This document shows, piece by piece, positions 24,647-32,000 of a stretch of 32,000 bases of DNA. A program made the position numbers and the translations under genes. The DNA comes from Vulcanisaeta distributa DSM 14429 (GTDB lineage: Archaea; Thermoproteota; Thermoprotei; Thermoproteales; Thermocladiaceae): NCBI RefSeq assembly GCF_000148385.1, contig NC_014537.1, positions 1,620,001 through 1,652,000 on the forward strand. Direction: 5' to 3'. The notes beneath the pieces were generated by a model, which saw only the letters and a list, made by a program, of their open reading frames with translations, was not told the origin of the DNA and searched no databases. The first letter of the stretch is position 1. The number at the start of each line of letters is the position of its first letter.

Positions 24647-25804
24647 TTGAATAGAGAGAAGCTATTTAAAAATGTATTAACTTCTAATCATGTCGTGGGT
24701 ATAATTAAGGATCGCATAAGTAAGGTGTTAAATCTTTTTGATGAATTAAGTTTGGACGTAATCGTCATAGTTAATGGAGCAAACCTTGAGTACTTCACGG
24801 GCATTGATAGTGGGTTAATGTTTGTCGTTAATAGATCAATGGATACAACGTTAATAGTTCCAAGGCTTGACCTACAGAGGGTTCAGGAGATTGTTGGTAG
24901 TGATACGAGACTAATCGGCTACTCCACTGTTGAAGTACCGCAGAGAATGCCAGGGGAGAGCTTGTTCGTGTCAAAGAGCATCGGTGATTACCTACTTAGG
25001 GAGGTCGGACTTAAGCCTAATAATATTGTTGGCATCGATAATCCAGACTCATCGGTAGCTAAGGAGCTTAATTCCGTGGGTGTTAAAATCATGAATATTA
25101 ATGAATCAATATTGAGATTGAGGGAGATTAAGGATGAGTATGAGATAGGGATGATCGAGGAGGCTACACGAATAACTGAGGAGGCCCTTGACGATGTGCT
25201 AAAGGGTGGTCTTGAGGGTAAGAGAGAAAGGGATGTGGCCGCAATGCTATATCAGAAAATGATTGGTAGAGGGGCTGAGGATGTGGCGTTCAAACCTATC
25301 GTTGCCTCAGGACCAAATGGCGCATATCCACACCACGTATTCACGGATAGGGTAATAAGGAGGGGAGAGTTTGTGACCATCGATGTTGGTGCTCGATACC
25401 GCCTTTACTGCACAGATATGACGAGGACCATTGCCGTGGGGTCAGTAGGTGGTAAAATAAAAGATGCCGCGCTGGCGGTGCTTGAGGCTTTTAGAAAGGC
25501 TTCTAATTCCGTTAGACCTGGCGTCAAGGCTAGAGATGTAGATTCAATAGCGAGGAATGTACTTGCTGAGTATGGCTTTGACTCGTACTACATACATAGT
25601 ACGGGGCATGGGGTTGGGATAGAGGTTCATGAGAGACCATCAATAGGTCCTTCAAGTGATGAGGAGCTGAAACCAAATGAAGTAATAACAGTGGAGCCTG
25701 GCGTTTACATTAAAGGCATTGGCGGCGTTAGAATTGAGGATACCATATTGGTCACAGAATCAGGTTCGAGGGCAATAAGTAGGTATCCTGTTGATTTACT
25801 TTAA
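24647..25804 (+). CDS. M24-family Xaa-Pro dipeptidase/aminopeptidase (prolidase-like)
   Basis: Metal ligand blocks FVTIDVGARYRLYCTDMTRT, HSTGHGVGIEVHE, VEPGVY and GGVRIEDT. Apparent TTG start. Confidence 0.85.
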   Translation: MNREKLFKNVLTSNHVVGIIKDRISKVLNLFDELSLDVIVIVNGANLEYFTGIDSGLMFVVNRSMDTTLIVPRLDLQRVQEIVGSDTRLIGYSTVEVPQRMPGESLFVSKSIGDYLLREVGLKPNNIVGIDNPDSSVAKELNSVGVKIMNINESILRLREIKDEYEIGMIEEATRITEEALDDVLKGGLEGKRERDVAAMLYQKMIGRGAEDVAFKPIVASGPNGAYPHHVFTDRVIRRGEFVTIDVGARYRLYCTDMTRTIAVGSVGGKIKDAALAVLEAFRKASNSVRPGVKARDVDSIARNVLAEYGFDSYYIHSTGHGVGIEVHERPSIGPSSDEELKPNEVITVEPGVYIKGIGGVRIEDTILVTESGSRAISRYPVDLL

Positions 25805-25888
25805 ATCATAAAAATCGAAAGTTTTAGCTCACACAGAGGTAATGTTTTATTCATTAGCTTAATAAGTGAGTTACCATAATTAGCATTG

Positions 25889-26167
25889 ATGAATTCACGA
25901 AAAATTTCAGACCCATTAATCCTTAAGTTAGTGGTTATTAAGGAGCTCAATAGATTAGGGGGTGTAAGCATTAACGAATTTCCTAGTCTCATCTCAAAAA
26001 TAACGCAGCATTTAAATAGTATGGGATACTCAATTAGTCCTGGCGATGTTATTCACTTACTTGATGTGATAAGTATCAGCAATGATAAAGTAACATTAAG
26101 TAATGAGGGTCTTCATTATCTAAGAACTATTGAAATACTTGCTAATAATATTACCAAAACCTCTTAA
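25889..26167 (+). CDS. small hypothetical protein, possibly winged-helix
   Basis: 92-aa ORF with CTTAATAAG about 25 nt upstream. Its 3' end overlaps the convergent HD gene by 48 nt. Weak call. Confidence 0.35.
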   Translation: MNSRKISDPLILKLVVIKELNRLGGVSINEFPSLISKITQHLNSMGYSISPGDVIHLLDVISISNDKVTLSNEGLHYLRTIEILANNITKTS

Positions 26168-27826
26168 CGCATTATACATGGCCTTCACAACCAAACCCCT
26201 TAGATAATCCAGGACAATATTAATATCAACACCCTGACAAGCATTACCCAGCTCTTCGATGTCAACGAATACAAACACGTGCGGAGACCTTTTCCATGCA
26301 TCCGCCACTGATATAGCAAGTGGTGATAGTTCATTGATACTAACTAGGGAATCCCCATGAATTATGCTAAGTCTCGCCTCAGGTTCAAATATCCTAAACC
26401 CTATTATTACTGATGATTCGATAGATTGATTATTCGTTAAGTTACGTAAACAGGTAATTGGTGCTTCACTGAGCTCCTTCTTCAACTCATTATAGAATGC
26501 CTGCAGAACCTCATCCCTAGACTCGCCCTTACTGAGTAGGTATGGGAACACGTCATTTATCAGTGCGAGTTCAACACCTTGTTTATTAACGAGATTTATG
26601 AACTCAAAATCCCTCTTCCACAACGCTTTAAATGTCGTGCTCCTCGTTATTAAGGGATCCAGGAATTTGGAGATGCCACGTATCTTATTTATGAGGTATT
26701 GCCTATTCCTTAGTAATACTGATAGTAGATAATCATCTATTATATACATGACATCATAACCCTTTAAATGACCAATTGAAAAACGATATAATTGACACAG
26801 GTAATCCTTAATATCATCATTAAGCTCGTCATAATGCCTCAACAATTCATTCATTAAGTTCCTAGCTAATGTATTAAACAGTACGACCTTATGATGCAGA
26901 TAAACGAGCTTATATATATTAAAGCGCGCGATTATGAAGCCTTCCAGGTTAGCCCTTGCCTTCTCGTCAAATGCCAACACGTAATCCTTACTACTCCTCA
27001 CAATCTTCATATTATCAAGTATCCTCTCAATATCGCTAATACTAATTACAGAACCAATACTAGCCCCCGTTAGGTAGGAATCCCTAAGTACGTATTCCAC
27101 CCTATCAGCATCAAGGTCGCCGGATATCAAATTCCTCAAAATATTGAACGACTTTAACTCATTACTTAGCGACTTAAGGAATGCTATGTCGTCATAACCA
27201 ATTACGTCTATGAATTGCGGCAGTAATTCCGAGATTTTAATCACAATGTCGCTGTGCAGTAACGCCTTTATTACACGTAAATCAATATCCGGCATCGATT
27301 CTTTAAATACACCCTTAAACTCATCATTATTCGTAAGTATAAAATACGTTATTAACTCATGCTCCTTAAAGGGACCTTTAAAGACCCTACCCAAAACCTC
27401 CTCATTAACTCCTCTGCTGCAGTTCGTGATTAATGGATCAATACCCTGACCAAAGACCCCCTCAAACACGTGGGAGAAGGGTAGGTGACCCAGGTCATGA
27501 AGTAATGCTGCTATTCTCATGTGCATTATTATATCATCCTCCGTGTCAAGGCCCATAGATTTACCAAGGTTAAGTAATGACTCCCTTACATCATTAGACC
27601 TAAGCATTCGCTCAAGCATTAATGTCACTATCTGAAGAGTGCCAAGTGAGTGCTCAAACCTACTATGGTGGGCTGATGGATAAACCATGAACGTTAAGCC
27701 AAGCTGATGTATATACCGTAGCCTCTGTATGTACCTGCAGGAATCAATAAACCTAGCCTCCTCATTTGTTAGCCTAATCCAACCAAGCGCTGGATCTGCA
27801 ATAACCTTAGTATAACTTAGTGTCAT
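26120..27826 (-). CDS. HD-domain phosphohydrolase, SAMHD1/dNTPase-like (COG1078 type) with long C-terminal extension
   Basis: HSRFEHSLGT, AALLHDLGHLPFSHVFE and DADRVEYVLRDSYLTG. 568 aa. Confidence 0.8.
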   Translation of the reverse strand: MTLSYTKVIADPALGWIRLTNEEARFIDSCRYIQRLRYIHQLGLTFMVYPSAHHSRFEHSLGTLQIVTLMLERMLRSNDVRESLLNLGKSMGLDTEDDIIMHMRIAALLHDLGHLPFSHVFEGVFGQGIDPLITNCSRGVNEEVLGRVFKGPFKEHELITYFILTNNDEFKGVFKESMPDIDLRVIKALLHSDIVIKISELLPQFIDVIGYDDIAFLKSLSNELKSFNILRNLISGDLDADRVEYVLRDSYLTGASIGSVISISDIERILDNMKIVRSSKDYVLAFDEKARANLEGFIIARFNIYKLVYLHHKVVLFNTLARNLMNELLRHYDELNDDIKDYLCQLYRFSIGHLKGYDVMYIIDDYLLSVLLRNRQYLINKIRGISKFLDPLITRSTTFKALWKRDFEFINLVNKQGVELALINDVFPYLLSKGESRDEVLQAFYNELKKELSEAPITCLRNLTNNQSIESSVIIGFRIFEPEARLSIIHGDSLVSINELSPLAISVADAWKRSPHVFVFVDIEELGNACQGVDINIVLDYLRGLVVKAMYNALRGFGNIISKYFNSS

Positions 27827-27884
27827 TTAGGAATAGGGACTAAAACATATATTAAATTGTTAATTCCTCCACAGACAATTAAAA

Positions 27885-29063
27885 ATGAGCAAGAGTGATG
27901 CCGTAATCATCGGTGCCGGACCCAGCGGACTTTACTTAGCCCGTGAGTTGAGCAAGGTTATGAATGTAACGATATTCGAAGAAGATAAAATGCTCGGAAT
28001 GCCGCCCCATTGTACGGGACTCGTTAACCTCGACTCCTTAAAATCACTTGGTATATCACCCCCCGTCATAAATACCTACAGGTATGTAAGGATAACGGAC
28101 TTAAATGGTAATAGCATAACCTTTGACTTCAAGAGAAGAGCCATAGCAATGCTTGATAGGCCGGGTCTTGAGCATTACCTCGCCGATGGCTTAGGCAGCG
28201 CCACATTAATGCTTGGCGAGAGAGTTGTTGAACTAAGTAATGGATTCATAAGGACCAGGGCAAGACAGGAGGCATTTAGCCTCGCCGTAATTGCTGAGGG
28301 CGCTAATATGACATTAACGAGGAATATTATTCCGTGGAAGCCGGTTCACGTTTACGGTGTACAGACCGATACTAAGTCATTCAGCATAAGTGAGTTAATG
28401 CCTAGGAGTGATGAGGAAATTGTGGTTATTTTTGATAGGAAACTTAGTGAACATTATTTTGCCTGGATTGTTCCAAAGGACTTTCATGAATTTAGGGTTG
28501 GGTTAGCTGATGATGCAAATGTGTGGGTTAAATTCACGGAGTTATTAAAGATAATAAAGGCGGAGCAATTAAAGCCATTTGGGGGTAAGATAATAATTGG
28601 TGGATCACCAAGTCATGTGGTTATGGGTAACACGGCGGTTATTGGCGATGCCGGAGGTTTCGTTAAGCCAATGACAGGGGGTGGAATCATAATGGGTATG
28701 CTAAGTGCAAGACTACTTGCCGAGAGCATAAACAGTGCCATAAAGGAGGGCCTATCAATAAATGATGCATTATTTATTTACGACACCTTATTTAGAAAGT
28801 ATATTAAGGGGAAGGTGAAGGCATTAAGCTCCGCATCGTATATCCTGCACATGATGATAAACAGGAGCCTGAGCTATGTAATGCAATCAATGAGTAAGGT
28901 TAGTGTTGATGTTGATGATTACGATAATCATATCGATGCAATATTAAGGGCAGCCTCAAAAAGGCCGTGGTCATTCATTAGGGCCATCTTCTCAGTAATT
29001 GATGAGTTATCATTAATTGAACCAGGTACAATTAATAAATTAATTAAGGAATTAATGGAGTAG
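27885..29063 (+). CDS. geranylgeranyl reductase family FAD-dependent oxidoreductase (second paralog)
   Basis: AVIIGAGPSGLYLAREL and VIGDAGGFVKPMTGGGIIMGM. Confidence 0.75.
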   Translation: MSKSDAVIIGAGPSGLYLARELSKVMNVTIFEEDKMLGMPPHCTGLVNLDSLKSLGISPPVINTYRYVRITDLNGNSITFDFKRRAIAMLDRPGLEHYLADGLGSATLMLGERVVELSNGFIRTRARQEAFSLAVIAEGANMTLTRNIIPWKPVHVYGVQTDTKSFSISELMPRSDEEIVVIFDRKLSEHYFAWIVPKDFHEFRVGLADDANVWVKFTELLKIIKAEQLKPFGGKIIIGGSPSHVVMGNTAVIGDAGGFVKPMTGGGIIMGMLSARLLAESINSAIKEGLSINDALFIYDTLFRKYIKGKVKALSSASYILHMMINRSLSYVMQSMSKVSVDVDDYDNHIDAILRAASKRPWSFIRAIFSVIDELSLIEPGTINKLIKELME

Positions 29064-29065
29064 TG

Positions 29066-30190
29066 CTACCTCGTTATCTTCATTATACTACTCATCTCCT
29101 CTATCAACTTGGCTCCCTGCCCCTCCTGGAACCACTTAATTATTGGCTCAAGGTACTTAACAACCTCATCAGCAACAGCATTCTTAAGGTCCAGTGGGTG
29201 TATCTTACCCTCGGTATACGCCTTGACTAATTCATCGAACGTCCAGAACTCAAGCCTTCCACCACCGTACTGTTGCGGCCTTTCGATAATGAATGGCTTA
29301 TCCCTACGCTCCCTGAATGAGAATAAATGCGCAAGCTCAATCACGGGGTTCATCTTAGTTTCCCTGGGTGGGCAATATGCCTTGAGTATCTTTTGGCGAA
29401 TGGCTTCAGCACTATCGTGCAGGAATATGGCGGTATCCGGTAATGACTTACTCATCTTCATCTCACTCAACTCCTCTTTAGACTCCTTCCCAGTTATGTT
29501 AAGGGCTGGTATTAGGCTGTGAAATAGGGCTATTGGCTTTACCTTCTCATTATTAAGCATCAATGGGTAAAACCTAACCCTCAAAGCGACTTCCCTCGCA
29601 AGCACATAGGCCTTCCTCTGGTCAATACCGCCATGCGCAATGTGCGAACCTATCACGAATACGTCAGCCACCTGGAGCAGTGGGTATACGAGCCATGACA
29701 TGGGTATTGACTCACCCATCTTCCTACCAAGTATTGTTAGGCTATGCCTAATGTCGGCTAGGTTCGTCATCCTGGCAAGGTCGAGTATTAGGTACCAGTA
29801 CTCATCATTATTGTGGTATAAGTCGCTCGCCATGTAGAATTTAACGTTGTCTGGGTCTCCACCAAGAACCTCAATGGCTTTTTTGAACGTCTCTACGTAA
29901 TACCTATTTGCAACCTTCCTAATTAGTTCAAGGTCACCGCCAAGTTTATTATTAAGCCATGAGTGCACATCAGCGAGCAATATCGAAACCTCAATACCAG
30001 CCCTCTGTAAATCAACAACCTTTGATAGACTTACAATGCCCGTACCAATGTGTATATAGCCACTTATCTCAAAGCCTATGTAATGCTTCAGCTTAGCCCC
30101 TGTCTCCAGGTATTGCCTTAACTCGTCAACCGTGAGTACCTCCTCCGTTGGATACCTGGTTATCAATGATAATCTCTCCTCAATATCCAT
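29066..30190 (-). CDS. tyrS: tyrosine--tRNA ligase
   Basis: [32 protein letters not shown] and [16 protein letters not shown] closely parallel archaeal TyrRS (M. jannaschii YIGFEPSGKIHLGH, LLADLHAYLNQK, LKNAVAEELIKILEPI). Confidence 0.9.
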   Translation of the reverse strand: MDIEERLSLITRYPTEEVLTVDELRQYLETGAKLKHYIGFEISGYIHIGTGIVSLSKVVDLQRAGIEVSILLADVHSWLNNKLGGDLELIRKVANRYYVETFKKAIEVLGGDPDNVKFYMASDLYHNNDEYWYLILDLARMTNLADIRHSLTILGRKMGESIPMSWLVYPLLQVADVFVIGSHIAHGGIDQRKAYVLAREVALRVRFYPLMLNNEKVKPIALFHSLIPALNITGKESKEELSEMKMSKSLPDTAIFLHDSAEAIRQKILKAYCPPRETKMNPVIELAHLFSFRERRDKPFIIERPQQYGGGRLEFWTFDELVKAYTEGKIHPLDLKNAVADEVVKYLEPIIKWFQEGQGAKLIEEMSSIMKITR

Positions 30191-30241
30191 TATTATTACC
30201 GTTAAAATTAAGATAATTAAGCTTTATTGATATAAATCTAC

Positions 30242-30706
30242 GTGGTTCGGGTAGTCATTGATAGGATAAGGGCTTGGGGTCATGTCAATGTTAGGGCTAG
30301 GCATAGGACCACGATTGAGATTACAAGGGATGATTACTTAACGCCCAGGGGTGATTGTATAATCGGTATTAAGGCCGATAAGGGTTTATCGGGTATAAGC
30401 CCCGAACTTAAGGAGATTATTAAGAAGGATGGGTCAATAGTGATAGCAATGTTTGTGGTTGACGACTATCTCGACTACGTAGTTGGTATGGGCTCCTCAA
30501 AGCTTACCCTGGGCAATGATAATAAATTAATCATTAGGAGGAGTAATTACATTGATGATGCAACACTAATGATTAGGGCGAATAAGGCGGCGATTGATAT
30601 AGATAGAAGGCTCATAGATAGGTTAAAGAAAGAGAGCCCCTTGACAGTCTATATTATAGGTGTTGACCTTGAGCAGGATAGAACAGTTGAAGGCGATGGC
30701 ACTTAG
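30242..30706 (+). CDS. DUF371-domain protein
   Basis: AWGHVNVRARHRTTIEITRDDYLTPRGDCIIGIKAD matches the DUF371 signature as I recall it. GTG start. Confidence 0.6.
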   Translation: MVRVVIDRIRAWGHVNVRARHRTTIEITRDDYLTPRGDCIIGIKADKGLSGISPELKEIIKKDGSIVIAMFVVDDYLDYVVGMGSSKLTLGNDNKLIIRRSNYIDDATLMIRANKAAIDIDRRLIDRLKKESPLTVYIIGVDLEQDRTVEGDGT

Positions 30707-31391
30707 GAAGTTGATCCACGTTGCGCTATCTATATTCTTAATAATACCATTTATAGTGAACCTGAAGACCTACGGCATATCAACAACACTGTACTTCACG
30801 CTAATTACCCTAGGCGTTTCCGTGATATACGTTATCCAGGTTAAGAGGCCAATAATTACTATAGTCCTGCTTGACGCATTAACAAGCGCCAGGAGGTCAA
30901 TACTACAGCAGATCACTAAGTCGCCAATAGGCTCGGCAATACCGATAGATACCCTAGACGATGGATTAATGAAACTTGAGAAGACCGTTAAGGAATTACT
31001 TGAGAGTGTTGAGAGGGATTATGAAAGAAGAGGTGGCTACTTAGGCATTTTAATGGGCGCCATCGGAGTACTAATTAGTCAGTTGCTAACTGGTAATTAC
31101 GTTATTTACGGGATAATGTCAGTGATAGTCTACGATACAATGAGCGCGATAGGTGGTATACTCCTCGGTAGAGTCAGGTTGCCCTTTAGCAATGCCACCA
31201 TGGAGGGCACACTCGTGGGCATGGCATCGCTAGCCACAGTACTATTCCTATTCACGAATCAATTAATCGGCTCCCTGGCAGTAACAGTAGTTGCAGCATT
31301 AGCCGAAGCATACGGGATGGAGGATAACCTGGCGATACCAATAACCACGTCTTTAATGGCCATGGCCCTCAGGCTACCCGTAATTACGTAA
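30696..31391 (+). CDS. polyprenol/dolichol kinase-like membrane protein (COG0170, DolK/VTE5 family)
   Basis: Polytopic. YDTMSAIGGILLGR (D-x2-A-x3-G...GR), TMEGTLVG and AEAYGMEDNLAIPI resemble CTP-dependent polyprenol kinase motifs. The start at 30696 overlaps the upstream gene by 11 nt. Confidence 0.55.
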   Translation: MALRKLIHVALSIFLIIPFIVNLKTYGISTTLYFTLITLGVSVIYVIQVKRPIITIVLLDALTSARRSILQQITKSPIGSAIPIDTLDDGLMKLEKTVKELLESVERDYERRGGYLGILMGAIGVLISQLLTGNYVIYGIMSVIVYDTMSAIGGILLGRVRLPFSNATMEGTLVGMASLATVLFLFTNQLIGSLAVTVVAALAEAYGMEDNLAIPITTSLMAMALRLPVIT

Positions 31392-31409
31392 TGACAAGAT
31401 AATAGGCAT

Positions 31410-32000
31410 TTACTTACGCCTACCCAAGGCCCTATAGAGCCTATCCTCATCCTGCCAAACCCTACCTCTCATTATCTCATCCCAAAGCCTATTGAAGACT
31501 GGATAGCCAAGCATCCTCTCGAGAGCCCATTCCCTAGCAAATGTGCCATCCTTAATTTGCCTAATCGCCTCCCTCATTAATTTCTTAACCTCATCAGTCA
31601 CGTACCTAGGACCCCAGGTTAAGTGGCCATATTGACTAGTCGTGGAATGACCCTTAAGCTGTGCGAATAATCCCTTCTCAACGATCGCCTTAGTAATGGC
31701 TATCAATTCACCAGAGGCCCAAAGCTCAAGCATGGCAGCCTCAGGAGACACGCCATTCTCAACAAGCACATTATAGCCCTCAGCCAGTAGAAATAAGAAT
31801 GCCCCAGCCCACGTATGCTCACTGAATAAGTCTGTTATCGTCTCCTCCTCAAAGCTCGACTCGACAGCCACACCACCTGGTTTACCAATGGCACCAATGG
31901 CCTTTGAGTATGCCAGTGCGTGGTCCCATGCCCTACCACTATAATTATTCGCAACACCGATCAGTACGGGAAACCCCTTACCATTCACGAAGTTATCCCT
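31410..32000 (-). CDS. ilvC: ketol-acid reductoisomerase, C-terminal part (5' end lies outside the window)
   Basis: FPVLIGV, GVAVESSFEEETITDLFSEHTWAG and LKGHSTTSQYG are typical of IlvC. The frame stays open to the window edge. Confidence 0.85.
   Translation of the reverse strand, partial: RDNFVNGKGFPVLIGVANNYSGRAWDHALAYSKAIGAIGKPGGVAVESSFEEETITDLFSEHTWAGAFLFLLAEGYNVLVENGVSPEAAMLELWASGELIAITKAIVEKGLFAQLKGHSTTSQYGHLTWGPRYVTDEVKKLMREAIRQIKDGTFAREWALERMLGYPVFNRLWDEIMRGRVWQDEDRLYRALGRRK

Noticed and set aside
1-32000. CRISPR arrays, tandem repeats, IS elements and terminal inverted repeats.
   Set aside because: Scanning by eye found no regularly spaced direct repeats and no transposase- or Cas-like ORFs. 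The only repeats seen are short palindromes in promoters.

Overview
This window reads as densely packed core chromosome of a hyperthermophilic crenarchaeon, probably Thermoproteales-like. That placement is an inference from several features. They are a Cren7 chromatin protein, ribosomal protein L38e, a sulfocyanin-type cupredoxin, a protoglobin, a tRNA intron at a non-canonical position with a perfect bulge-helix-bulge motif, and A/T-rich TATA boxes about 27 nt upstream of RNA genes and near-leaderless CDS starts. I call about 41 protein genes, 2 tRNAs and 1 C/D box sRNA that the ORF track cannot show. Recognisable functions include two MFS transporters, a NUDIX hydrolase, a HAD-IIA phosphatase, an FAH-family hydrolase and a GltD-like flavoprotein. 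There is also a DUF89 phosphatase, an eIF-2B-family protein, a DegT aminotransferase, a RimK-type ATP-grasp enzyme, a PfkB kinase, an M24 prolidase, a SAMHD1-like HD phosphohydrolase, TyrRS and a partial IlvC. An isoprenoid-lipid theme recurs: two geranylgeranyl-reductase paralogs, a polyprenyl synthase and a dolichol-kinase-like protein. I see no CRISPR array, transposase, integrase, toxin-antitoxin pair or recognisable defence island. The candidates most worth follow-up are listed here. (1) A protoglobin / sulfocyanin / CPC-and-His-tail microprotein / Met-Cys-rich membrane wHTH cluster at 9.6-11.9 kb, including Trp/Gly-rich composition that continues across the cupredoxin stop codon. (2) The C/D box sRNA at 1452-1500. 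(3) The class II tRNA with an intron at 30/31 and an anticodon/discriminator combination that needs checking. (4) An orphan CdvA-like PRC-barrel/coiled-coil gene next to cren7. (5) A run of small zinc-finger and unknown ORFs translationally coupled to a PfkB kinase at 20.7-23.4 kb. All homology statements come from motif recognition by eye; no searches were run.
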